From Chitinophagales bacterium (GTDB lineage Bacteria > Bacteroidota > Bacteroidia > Chitinophagales > JADIYW01): a stretch of DNA of 64,000 nucleotides. Positions 27,800-36,511 of the stretch are shown here, one piece after another. Each line of letters opens with the position of its first letter. The stretch's first letter is position 1. The stretch covers positions 72,359-136,358 of the forward strand of contig JACJXS010000008.1 of assembly GCA_020636545.1 (NCBI GenBank). The letters are read 5' to 3'. A model generated the notes under the pieces. The model was given only the letters and a program-made list of their open reading frames with translations, was not told where the DNA came from and made no database searches. A program made the translations under genes and the position numbers.

Positions 27800-29098
27800 T
27801 TATAACTTTTGTTCAGATTCTTTACGCTTAGATGGTCTGATGATTAAACGCAAAGTTCTGTCGTAAGTGATATAATTGTACAACCAACCCATTACAACTG
27901 TCAGCTTATTTCTAAAGCCAATTAAAGTAATGATGTGTACGATTAACCAAGCGACCCAAGCAAAAAAACCACCGAGTTTAATGCCTTTGCTTTCCATAAC
28001 AGCTCTGTTTCTACCAACAGTTGCCATCGAACCTTTATCAACATATTTAAAAGGTTTTGGAGCTTTGTTTTTGAGCGTAGCAATAATATTTTTAGCCACT
28101 AGCGTTCCTTGTTGTATAGCAACTGGAGCCACCATTGGATGTCCTTTTGGAAAGTTCTCTTGTGCCATAGAAGCCACATCACCAATAGCAAAAATATTTT
28201 CAAATCCTTTTACTTTGCAATATTCATCAACAGCAATTCTATTGCCTCCAACAATATTTTCGGCAGGTAATCCTTCAATTGGCATACCTTTCACTCCAGC
28301 AGCCCAAATTAAAGTTTGTGCTTCGATAGTTTTGCCGTTGTTCAAATAAACTTTTTCTCCATCAAAATCAGTTACTAAAGTATTTACCCAAACATTCACA
28401 TCAAAGTCTTTAAGGTAGTCAGAAGCTCTTTTTGAACTTCTTTCACTAAAGGTATTTAACATTCTATCCGTAGCATCAAAAATATGAATTTCCATTTTTC
28501 TGAAATCCAATTCAGGATAATCTTTTGGAAGAATTTTCTTTTTCATTTCACCAATTGCACCAGCCAATTCAACGCCAGTTGGTCCACCACCGACAATAGC
28601 AATATTTAAGAGCGATTGTTTTTTGCTAACATCATCTAACAATAATGCATTTTCATAGTTTTCAATAATAAAACTTCTAATATCTAATGCCTGTGGAATG
28701 TCTTTCATTTGCATCATTTTGGAAGAAGTCTCTTTAGGTAAATTGAAAAAGTTAGTAGTACTTCCAGTGGCAATAATCAAAAAATCATAAGAAAGTTCAC
28801 CGATATTCGTGTGAATTTGATTTTTTTCTGCTTGTATGGATAAAACTTCTGCATATCTAAAAATTCCATTAGGAATTTGTTGCATAAATTTTCTGAGTGG
28901 ATAAGCAATACTTCCAGGCTCCAATCCTCCCGTTGCTACTTGATATAATAATGGTTGGAAAGTATGGTAATTGTGTTTGTCTAATAAGATCGTTTGAATG
29001 TCAAGGTCTTTTAAACGCTTTGCAACTTCAATGCCTCCAAATCCACCGCCGATGATTACAACACGCTTTTTATTTGAATGTGGTATCTTTAATTCCAT
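27800..29098 (-). CDS. ndh: Type II NADH dehydrogenase (NDH-2)
   Basis: VVIIGGGFGGIEVAKRL and IVGGGPTGVELAG dinucleotide folds, and GDVA. ATG 29098 is preferred over the TTG 29125 of the track ORF. Confidence 0.85.
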   Translation of the reverse strand: MELKIPHSNKKRVVIIGGGFGGIEVAKRLKDLDIQTILLDKHNYHTFQPLLYQVATGGLEPGSIAYPLRKFMQQIPNGIFRYAEVLSIQAEKNQIHTNIGELSYDFLIIATGSTTNFFNLPKETSSKMMQMKDIPQALDIRSFIIENYENALLLDDVSKKQSLLNIAIVGGGPTGVELAGAIGEMKKKILPKDYPELDFRKMEIHIFDATDRMLNTFSERSSKRASDYLKDFDVNVWVNTLVTDFDGEKVYLNNGKTIEAQTLIWAAGVKGMPIEGLPAENIVGGNRIAVDEYCKVKGFENIFAIGDVASMAQENFPKGHPMVAPVAIQQGTLVAKNIIATLKNKAPKPFKYVDKGSMATVGRNRAVMESKGIKLGGFFAWVAWLIVHIITLIGFRNKLTVVMGWLYNYITYDRTLRLIIRPSKRKESEQKL

Positions 29099-29336
29099 AA
29101 TATTACAAAGATAATCAAGAGCCAACGTATAGATATTATATAAATACTATATTATTTGTATTTGGATTAATTTTAAATCAATTAGCTTTTATATAATCAT
29201 CACTATCAATAAATGTAATCCATTCGTCTTAAACAAAATTTAAGTTTTAATCTTTTATAAAACTGATTCCACTATTTTTCTGATTATAAAGTTGTTTATA
29301 TCTGTCTGCTATAAAAGTTTAAAAAATACCTCTATG

Positions 29337-29350
29337 TAACAACTGTTACC
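29337..29350. promoter_or_regulatory. Palindromic candidate operator upstream of the efflux operon
   Basis: GTAACA-AC-TGTTAC is a perfect 6-bp inverted repeat. It is centred about 30 nt upstream of the -7 box. Confidence 0.3.
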
Positions 29351-29371
29351 TTTAATGCTATTTTATGGTCA

Positions 29372-29379
29372 TAGCTTTG
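29372..29379 (+). promoter_or_regulatory. Bacteroidota-type -7 promoter box (TAnnTTTG)
   Basis: TAGCTTTG lies 40 nt upstream of the TolC-family ATG. The same bases also read as TGG-N9-TTGCA, a weak sigma-54 resemblance. Confidence 0.4.
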
Positions 29380-29418
29380 CATTCAAATTAAATTATAGTG
29401 TAAAAAAACAGTTTAGAC

Positions 29419-30720
29419 ATGAGAATATTTATTTTACTATTGATGGTCGGATTTTGGAGTGTAGGCTACTCGCAAGATACCATTCAAATTTCAATGGAGG
29501 ATTTAAAACAAAAATCTTTAGAGGGTAATTTAGCCATTAAATCAGCAAAGAACGAAACAAAATTAGCAGAAGCTGAAATGTTGGCTTCGAGAGCAATGTA
29601 CTTACCCAACATCTTGGCATCTTATACTTTTATGAACACCAACAGCCCGCTGAATGCCTTTGCTTTTAAATTAAACCAAGAGCGAATTGCAATGACTGAT
29701 TTTAATCCAGACTTATTAAACAATCCAAAAGTGATTTCAGATTTCGCAACGAAATTTGAAATTCAACAACCCATTTTCAATTTAGATGCAATCTATATGA
29801 AAAAAGCTGGAAATGTAAAATCTGAAGTGCTAAAAATCAAAGAGCAAAGAACCAAAGAATACATACAACTTGAATTAAACAAGGCTTATATGATGTTACA
29901 ATTAACTTATAAAATACAAAGCACTTTAATTGAAGCCAAGAACACTGCATTAGCTAATAAAAAGGTTATTGATAATTATTATGCAAATGGCATGATACAA
30001 AAACCAGATGTTTTATATATGGATTTAAGAATTAATGAAATTGACAATCAAATACAGTTTGTTAATTCAAACATCCTCAATGCATCGGATTATTTATTTT
30101 TATTACTTAATGAAGATGCGAATGACAAAGTGTTCAAACCCACAGAAGAATTAGAATACAACTCATTAGAATTAGATGCTGACTTACGATTAAACAGATA
30201 CAGAAAGGACATTCAAGCTTATGAAAAATCTTTAGAGGCATTCGATTATTTAGTAAAATCAACAAGGGCAAAATATTTACCTAGATTAAATGCATTTGGA
30301 AGCTTTGAATTTCATGACCATAAGTTTGCAAGATTTCGTGCTAACAACTATTTAGTTGGGGCTCAATTGCAATGGCAAATTTTTGATGGATTAAAAGCAA
30401 AAAGTGAGCAAGTAGCCTACAAAGCTAATCAAATAAAAATCAAGTCAGAAATAGAACAATATACACAACAAAGTGAATTAGAATTAAAGAAAATAAGCCG
30501 ACAAATAGAAGATGCAGAATACAAAGTAAAATTTGCTGTATCTGCTTTAGAGCAAAGCAAAGAGGCATATAGAATTAGAAAAGACAGATACGAGCAAGGC
30601 TTAGAAAAGTCTTCTGATTTATTGAATGCAGAAATCATGATGTCTCAAAAGCATTTAGAATATTATCAAGCTGTTTTTGAATACAACACAGCATTAGCAT
30701 ATTATAACTTTTTAAAATAA
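29419..30720 (+). CDS. TolC-family outer membrane efflux protein
   Basis: Signal peptide and two OEP-type coiled repeats. First gene of the MFP/RND operon. Confidence 0.85.
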   Translation: MRIFILLLMVGFWSVGYSQDTIQISMEDLKQKSLEGNLAIKSAKNETKLAEAEMLASRAMYLPNILASYTFMNTNSPLNAFAFKLNQERIAMTDFNPDLLNNPKVISDFATKFEIQQPIFNLDAIYMKKAGNVKSEVLKIKEQRTKEYIQLELNKAYMMLQLTYKIQSTLIEAKNTALANKKVIDNYYANGMIQKPDVLYMDLRINEIDNQIQFVNSNILNASDYLFLLLNEDANDKVFKPTEELEYNSLELDADLRLNRYRKDIQAYEKSLEAFDYLVKSTRAKYLPRLNAFGSFEFHDHKFARFRANNYLVGAQLQWQIFDGLKAKSEQVAYKANQIKIKSEIEQYTQQSELELKKISRQIEDAEYKVKFAVSALEQSKEAYRIRKDRYEQGLEKSSDLLNAEIMMSQKHLEYYQAVFEYNTALAYYNFLK

Positions 30721-30740
30721 ACAATCAAAAAAATACAAGC

Positions 30741-31841
30741 ATGAGAAAAAATAGAATAATACAAGGTGTAGCTTTAATCCTTTCTATGTTGATGTTTACT
30801 TATTGTTCCAATAGTGAAACATCAAAAAACATTGAAGCCAATGGAGAAACTGTCAAAGTAACTTTAAGCCAAACAGAAGAAAATACAAGTGGCTCAAATG
30901 CAACAGCAAGTGGTCGTTTGGTTTCTAAAAATTCGGTTAATGTTTCAACAAGAATGATGGGTTACATTACATCAATGAGTGTAAAAGTAGGTCAAAGCGT
31001 AAAAGCAGGTCAATTATTGGTAACAATCAACAATGCAGATATTCAAGCAAAGGGTGGGCAGGTAGATGCACAAATTATGCAGGCACAAGCGAATTATGAT
31101 ATTGCGAAAAAGGATTTTGAACGTTTCCAAAATTTATATAATAATCAAAGTGCGTCTCAAAAAGAATTAGACGATATGAAAGCTCGTTTTGAAATTTCAA
31201 AAGCTGGATTAGAAGCTTCAAAACAAATGAAAAATGAAGTCAATGCACAGTATAGATATACAAATCTGACTGCTCCAATTTCGGGCGTTGTAACTATGAA
31301 ATTTGCAGAACAAGGAGATTTAGCCAATCCTGGAATGCCATTATTGACGATAGAATCTCCATCAATTCTACAAGCTCAAGTGATGGTTTCTGAACAAAAT
31401 ATCATTCAAGTAAAGCAAGGAATGCAAGTTAAGGTTGTGATTAAATCCACAGGTAAAGAAATTACAGGAACAGTTGCAGAAATCAATCAATCTGCAGAAT
31501 ATACAGGTGGTCAATATATTGTAAAAATCAATATGCCAACTTCATCTGAATTATTGCCAGGAATGTATGTTAATGCTCGTTTCCCTTTTGAAAGCAAAAG
31601 TGTTCAATTAGCTGAAAACTCATCAAGTGTTGTCATACCAAAATCTGCTTTGATTAGAAATGGACAAATGACAGGTGTCTATACTGTAAGTTCTCAGAAT
31701 ACTGCCATTTTGCGTTGGTTAAAACTAGGAAAAGATTTAGGCAATGATATTGAAGTATTGTCTGGTCTGAATGCTAATGAAGCCTATATTCTTTCAGCAG
31801 ATGGAAAGTTGTATAATGGTGTTAAAGTGAGTACTAAGTAA
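30741..31841 (+). CDS. Efflux RND periplasmic adaptor (membrane fusion protein)
   Basis: Lipobox-like N-terminus (FTYCS), a biotinyl-lipoyl-like hairpin (VKAGQLLVTI ... APISGVV) and a coiled-coil. Confidence 0.85.
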   Translation: MRKNRIIQGVALILSMLMFTYCSNSETSKNIEANGETVKVTLSQTEENTSGSNATASGRLVSKNSVNVSTRMMGYITSMSVKVGQSVKAGQLLVTINNADIQAKGGQVDAQIMQAQANYDIAKKDFERFQNLYNNQSASQKELDDMKARFEISKAGLEASKQMKNEVNAQYRYTNLTAPISGVVTMKFAEQGDLANPGMPLLTIESPSILQAQVMVSEQNIIQVKQGMQVKVVIKSTGKEITGTVAEINQSAEYTGGQYIVKINMPTSSELLPGMYVNARFPFESKSVQLAENSSSVVIPKSALIRNGQMTGVYTVSSQNTAILRWLKLGKDLGNDIEVLSGLNANEAYILSADGKLYNGVKVSTK

Positions 31842-31900
31842 TGATTGAAAACAATAGAACAAGCATCTATTGATTTTAAAACTGTAAAAAAAGAGATAAA

Positions 31901-34900
31901 ATGGATAAAGGTATAGCAGGGCGTTTAGCCGATATGTTTTTAGACTCTAAACTGACGGTGCTTTTAATGGTAGCATTGATGATTATTGGAGTATATAGTT
32001 CTTCTTTGATTCCAAGAGAAGAAGAACCTCAAATTATTATTCCGATGGCAGACGTAATGGTCGGCTATCCAGGAGCTAGTCCCAAGGAAGTAGAAAGTAG
32101 AGTAGTAAAGCCTTTGGAGAAAATCATTTCCAATATCAAAGGTGTGGAACATATTCACTCTATGGCAATGAATGGACAAGCAATGTTAATTGTACAATTT
32201 TTGGTAGGAGAAGATATTGAACGCTCTTATGTCAAATTGTATGACGAACTAATGAAAAACAAAGATATTTTTCCAGGTGGTGTCTATCCTCCAATGGTAA
32301 AAACTCGTTCTATAGATGATGTTCCGATGTTAGGTTTGACTTTATGGAGTGAGGACTATGATGACTTTCAAATCCGCCAAATTGGTGAAGAAGTAGCATC
32401 TGGTATTAAAAAGATAAAAGATGTATCTCTTACAAACATTATAGGGGGAAGAACTAGACAATTAAAAATTGTTTTAGACAAAGAAAAAATGGCTGAGTTA
32501 AATGTCGATGCATTAAGCGTAATGCAAATGATTCAAGCTAGCAATAATAGTTCTCAGTCTGGAAGTTTTAATGCCAATGATACTGAATATTTATTAACAA
32601 CAGGTCAATTTTTAAGTACAGCAGAAGATGTTGAAAATTTAGTTATTGGAACAGCTCAAAATATGCCTGTATATTTAAAACAAGTCGCAAAAGTAGAAGA
32701 TGGACCATCATCAGCAAAGAACTACGTAAATTTTGGTTATAGCAATGCAGTAGAAAATAGTAAGCAATTTTCATCAGAATATCCAGCAGTAACACTTTCT
32801 GTTTCTAAGGTAAAAGGAGCAGATGCAATGAAAATCTCTGAACAGATTTTAGCAAAAGTGGAGGAGATGAAAAAGGACTTAATTCCTAATAATGTTCATG
32901 TAGAAGTAACTCGAAACTATGGAGAGACAGCTTCTCACAAGGTATCTGAATTATTAATACATTTAGCAGTAGCCATTATTGCAGTTACAGTTTTAGTGAT
33001 GTTAGCAATGGGCTGGCGAGGTGGTTTAGTGGTATTCTTATCCGTTCCATTGACATTTGCATTGACATTATTTAGTTATTATGTTTTAGGCTATACCTTA
33101 AACAGAATTACATTATTTGCTTTAGTTTTTGTGGTAGGTATCGTGGTGGACGACAGTATTATTATTGCTGAGAATATGCACCGCCATTTTCACATGCGAA
33201 AACTTCCTTTCAAACAAGCTGCGATTTATGCCATTAATGAGGTAGGAAATCCAACAATACTAGCCACATTTACAGTAATTGCTGCAATTCTGCCAATGGC
33301 ATTTGTTTCAGGAATGATGGGGCCATATATGAGTCCGATGCCAATCGGTGCATCTATAGCTATGTTATTATCTTTATTTATTGCCTTGACAGTAACGCCT
33401 TATTTGGGTTATCATTTATTAAAAGTAAAAGACGACCAAGAACACAAAGAGGAAGAAGGATTAGAAACCAATGCAATATATAAAATTTATAAAAAACTAG
33501 AAATGCCTTTGTTGGAAAATAGAGGTAGAAGAAATTTAATTTTAGGTAGTACGCTTATTTTGCTAATTATTTCTATGGCTGCTTTCGGATTCAAATGGGT
33601 GGCTGTAAAAATGTTGCCTTTTGACAACAAAAATGAGATTCAATTAGTGATTGATATGCCTGAGGGAACAACCTTAGAAAGAACGGCAGCTGTTACACAG
33701 GATATTGCACAATATATCAAAACAATTCCTGAGGTTGTAAATTACCAAAGTTATATTGGTTCATCTGCTCCTATTACTTTTAATGGATTGGTACGCCACT
33801 ATGATATGAGAGGTGCTAGCAATACTGCTGACATTCAAGTAAATTTAAAACATAAAGAAGATAGAAAATTACAAAGTCATGATGTGGCTAAAAATATTCG
33901 TCCTGCTATTCAAAAAATTGCAGCAAAATATGGTGCTAATGTAAAAGTAGTTGAAGTGCCACCAGGGCCACCTGTATTATCTACTCTAGTTGCAGAAATT
34001 TATGGTCCAGATTACGATGAGCAAATTAAAATTGCTAGACAAATCGAACAAATTCTTCATAATACAGATGATGTTGTGGATATTGATACAAGAATTGAAG
34101 ATGAACAAAAAGAATTAAAATTAGTATTCGACAAAGAAAAATCAATGCTGAATGGTGTTGCTCCAATGCAAATTGTTGGCAATATGACTTACTTAATGGG
34201 AGAACATCCAATAGGTAATTTATATGATGAGCGTTCTAACCGTCCAGTTAATATTGTCATGAAATTAAGTGATGCTGACAAAACATCTATTGAGGACATT
34301 ACCAATATGAAGGTTAAGGGACAAATGGGAATGGTGCCTGTTAGTGATTTGGTGAAAGTACAAGAAGACGTTTTACAAAAATCTATTTATAGAAAAGACC
34401 AACAAAGAGTGGTTTATGTGATGGCAGATATGGCTGGTGGATTAGAAAGCCCAGCTTATGCGATACTAGGAATGAGTAAAAAGATACAAAAAATGGATAT
34501 TCCAAAAGGCTATAAAGTAGAGGAAATGTATTTGGGACAACCAGAAAGTGAAGAAAACTATACCGTAAAATGGGATGGAGAATGGCAAATTACCTTAGAA
34601 GTATTCCGTGATTTAGGCATGGCATTTATGGTCGTAATGATTATAATCTATATGCTAATTGTTGGATGGTTCCAAAATTTCAAAACTCCAATTGTGATGA
34701 TGATTGCGATTCCATTATCTTTGATAGGTATTGTTTTAGGACACTGGTTATTAGGAGCGTTCTTTACAGCAACATCATTTATTGGTATGATTGCATTAGC
34801 AGGTGTGATGGTTCGAAATTCAGTATTGCTCATTGACTTTATTGAAATTAGATTAAATCAAGGTATTCCAATTAAACAAGCTATTATTGAAGCTGGAGCA

Positions 34901-35110
34901 GTGCGAACAACACCTATTTTATTGACAACAGGTGCAGTAGTTATTGGAGCAGCCATCATCTTATTTGACCCAATTTTTCAAGGGTTGGCAATTTCTCTAG
35001 TATTTGGAGCTATTGTTTCTACTATGCTTACTTTATTGATAGTTCCAGTGATTTATTACATCTCTGAGCATAAAAAATGGGAGAAAAACGAAAAAAACAA
35101 AGCAATTTAA
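31901..35110 (+). CDS. RND family efflux transporter permease (AcrB/CzcA superfamily)
   Basis: 1069 aa with 12-TM RND architecture, two large periplasmic loops and the VGIVVDDSIIIAENM motif. Confidence 0.9.
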   Translation: MDKGIAGRLADMFLDSKLTVLLMVALMIIGVYSSSLIPREEEPQIIIPMADVMVGYPGASPKEVESRVVKPLEKIISNIKGVEHIHSMAMNGQAMLIVQFLVGEDIERSYVKLYDELMKNKDIFPGGVYPPMVKTRSIDDVPMLGLTLWSEDYDDFQIRQIGEEVASGIKKIKDVSLTNIIGGRTRQLKIVLDKEKMAELNVDALSVMQMIQASNNSSQSGSFNANDTEYLLTTGQFLSTAEDVENLVIGTAQNMPVYLKQVAKVEDGPSSAKNYVNFGYSNAVENSKQFSSEYPAVTLSVSKVKGADAMKISEQILAKVEEMKKDLIPNNVHVEVTRNYGETASHKVSELLIHLAVAIIAVTVLVMLAMGWRGGLVVFLSVPLTFALTLFSYYVLGYTLNRITLFALVFVVGIVVDDSIIIAENMHRHFHMRKLPFKQAAIYAINEVGNPTILATFTVIAAILPMAFVSGMMGPYMSPMPIGASIAMLLSLFIALTVTPYLGYHLLKVKDDQEHKEEEGLETNAIYKIYKKLEMPLLENRGRRNLILGSTLILLIISMAAFGFKWVAVKMLPFDNKNEIQLVIDMPEGTTLERTAAVTQDIAQYIKTIPEVVNYQSYIGSSAPITFNGLVRHYDMRGASNTADIQVNLKHKEDRKLQSHDVAKNIRPAIQKIAAKYGANVKVVEVPPGPPVLSTLVAEIYGPDYDEQIKIARQIEQILHNTDDVVDIDTRIEDEQKELKLVFDKEKSMLNGVAPMQIVGNMTYLMGEHPIGNLYDERSNRPVNIVMKLSDADKTSIEDITNMKVKGQMGMVPVSDLVKVQEDVLQKSIYRKDQQRVVYVMADMAGGLESPAYAILGMSKKIQKMDIPKGYKVEEMYLGQPESEENYTVKWDGEWQITLEVFRDLGMAFMVVMIIIYMLIVGWFQNFKTPIVMMIAIPLSLIGIVLGHWLLGAFFTATSFIGMIALAGVMVRNSVLLIDFIEIRLNQGIPIKQAIIEAGAVRTTPILLTTGAVVIGAAIILFDPIFQGLAISLVFGAIVSTMLTLLIVPVIYYISEHKKWEKNEKNKAI

Positions 35111-35129
35111 AAATCTAAAATAGCTAACA

Positions 35130-35432
35130 ATGAAATTATTATTAATCACAAGTATTCAGGAATACGAAAACGATGTCAAAGATATTCTAAGACATTCAGG
35201 TGTAAAATCTTTTTCTTATCAAGAAGTAAAGGGGTTTAAAAATGAACACAACGGAAGTGCTACCAATTGGTTTGGATTAACTGATATTCCAACTGAATCA
35301 ATTCTATTCACAGTGTTTATTGAAACTAGCTGTATAGATGAAATATTTGAACTAGTAGAGAAATTTAATGCAGAGCGTACATCTTTATCTAAAATTCATA
35401 TTTCATGTATAGCTGTAGATAAATCTATTTAA
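35130..35432 (+). CDS. Small cytoplasmic protein, possibly P-II/ferredoxin-like fold
   Basis: 100 aa with a beta-alpha-beta x2 pattern. Located 20 nt after the RND gene. The family call is tentative. Confidence 0.35.
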   Translation: MKLLLITSIQEYENDVKDILRHSGVKSFSYQEVKGFKNEHNGSATNWFGLTDIPTESILFTVFIETSCIDEIFELVEKFNAERTSLSKIHISCIAVDKSI

Positions 35433-35454
35433 TCAATCTTTAAAAACAAATAAT

Positions 35455-35670
35455 ATGTATAACAGAATAGCACATGGTTTTGCAGGTACTCTAATTATAA
35501 CAAGTTTAGTACTCACACATTTTACTGGAAACAACAATTGGCTTTGGATTGCGGCATTTGTAGGAGTGAATTTATTTCAAAACTCACTAACGAATTGGTG
35601 TTTATTACATCAGATTTTGAAGGCAGTAGGAATAAAAGATGAAAATGGTAGTTGTAGTACAAATAGCTAA
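35455..35670 (+). CDS. DUF2892 (YgaP C-terminal-like) small membrane protein
   Basis: 71 aa with two TM helices and the NxxQxxxTxWC motif (NLFQNSLTNWC). Confidence 0.6.
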   Translation: MYNRIAHGFAGTLIITSLVLTHFTGNNNWLWIAAFVGVNLFQNSLTNWCLLHQILKAVGIKDENGSCSTNS

Positions 35671-35770
35671 ATTATTAAAATGATAATGAGGATTAAAAAT
35701 AAATAAGTAACGAAGAAGATTGAAGGTATTTGGCTTGAGATTTATGAATAATGATTGCCTTGCAAGGTTC

Positions 35771-36511
35771 TTAATTAGCTTTTATTTTCGCAACAATTAT
35801 GCTCGTTGCAATAGCAGCATTCAAGGATTCTGCTTTTCCATGTCTTGGAATAGTTATGGTTTGCGTGATTGTTTTAAGAAGCTCAGTTTGAATGCCTTTA
35901 CCTTCATTTCCAATCAATAAAATGCCTTTTTCGGGATATTGAATTTGGTTATAATCTTTGCCATCTAAGATTGCTCCAAAAATAGGAATATTTGGATGTT
36001 GCTTAAAAAACTCAGCCAAATCAGTTTCAATAATATTAATATTGGCTATTGATGCCATAGAGGCTTGTATTGTTTTGCTATTGTAAACATCAACACAATC
36101 TTCTGAACAAACGATGGTATCAATGCCAAACCAATCGGCTATTCTAATAATTGTACCAAGGTTGCCAGGGTCTTGAATATTATCTAAGGCAATTAACCAA
36201 TTGTCTATTTTTTGAATAGTTTTTTGTTGTGGCTTTTCAAAAATAGCTAAAATATTAGAAGGATTTTTCTGGTTGGATATTTTCTTAAAATCAGTTTCAT
36301 GAATTGTTTTGACGTGGATGTTATCAGGTAAGTCTAAATTGTTATGTAGAGTTTCGTCAATATATAGTTGTTTACAAATAAATTGATTTTGTATTAATTC
36401 TATTATAACTTTCTTACCTTCGGCAATAAATTCGTTATATTTATTCCTGTATTTTTTAATTTTGAGAGAATTTATATGTTTGACTTCGTTTATACTAAGC
36501 ATAAACCACAA
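35771..36511 (-). CDS. SpoU/TrmH-family RNA 2'-O-methyltransferase
   Basis: LDNIQDPGNLGTIIRIADWFG, LLIGNEGKGI and ESLNAAIATSI motifs. Confidence 0.85.
   Translation of the reverse strand: MWFMLSINEVKHINSLKIKKYRNKYNEFIAEGKKVIIELIQNQFICKQLYIDETLHNNLDLPDNIHVKTIHETDFKKISNQKNPSNILAIFEKPQQKTIQKIDNWLIALDNIQDPGNLGTIIRIADWFGIDTIVCSEDCVDVYNSKTIQASMASIANINIIETDLAEFFKQHPNIPIFGAILDGKDYNQIQYPEKGILLIGNEGKGIQTELLKTITQTITIPRHGKAESLNAAIATSIIVAKIKAN

Noticed and set aside
27876-28349. 157-aa plus-strand ORF
   Set aside because: It lies entirely antisense within the NDH-2 gene, which has unmistakable dinucleotide-binding motifs. The plus-strand ORF has no motifs of its own.
1086-29350. Recurrence of GTAAC(A) half-sites upstream of pstS (1086, 1108), upstream of the restriction gene (25725, 25743) and as a palindrome upstream of the efflux operon (29337-29350)
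   Set aside because: I considered a shared regulator. However, the arrangements differ (11-bp phased direct repeats, 18-bp direct repeat, inverted repeat), and a 5-6 bp AT-rich word is expected many times in 64 kb. I treated them as separate local features.
35757-35766. 10-bp perfect palindrome CCTTGCAAGG just past the SpoU gene stop
   Set aside because: It is too short to form a stable terminator stem and has no T-tract, so I did not call it.
36476-36511. 36-nt overlap of divergent gene starts (SpoU methyltransferase and Omp85-family protein)
   Set aside because: This is probably an artefact of longest-ORF calling. Alternative starts (ATG 36502 for the minus-strand gene, ATG 36545 before the lipobox for the plus-strand gene) remove the overlap.
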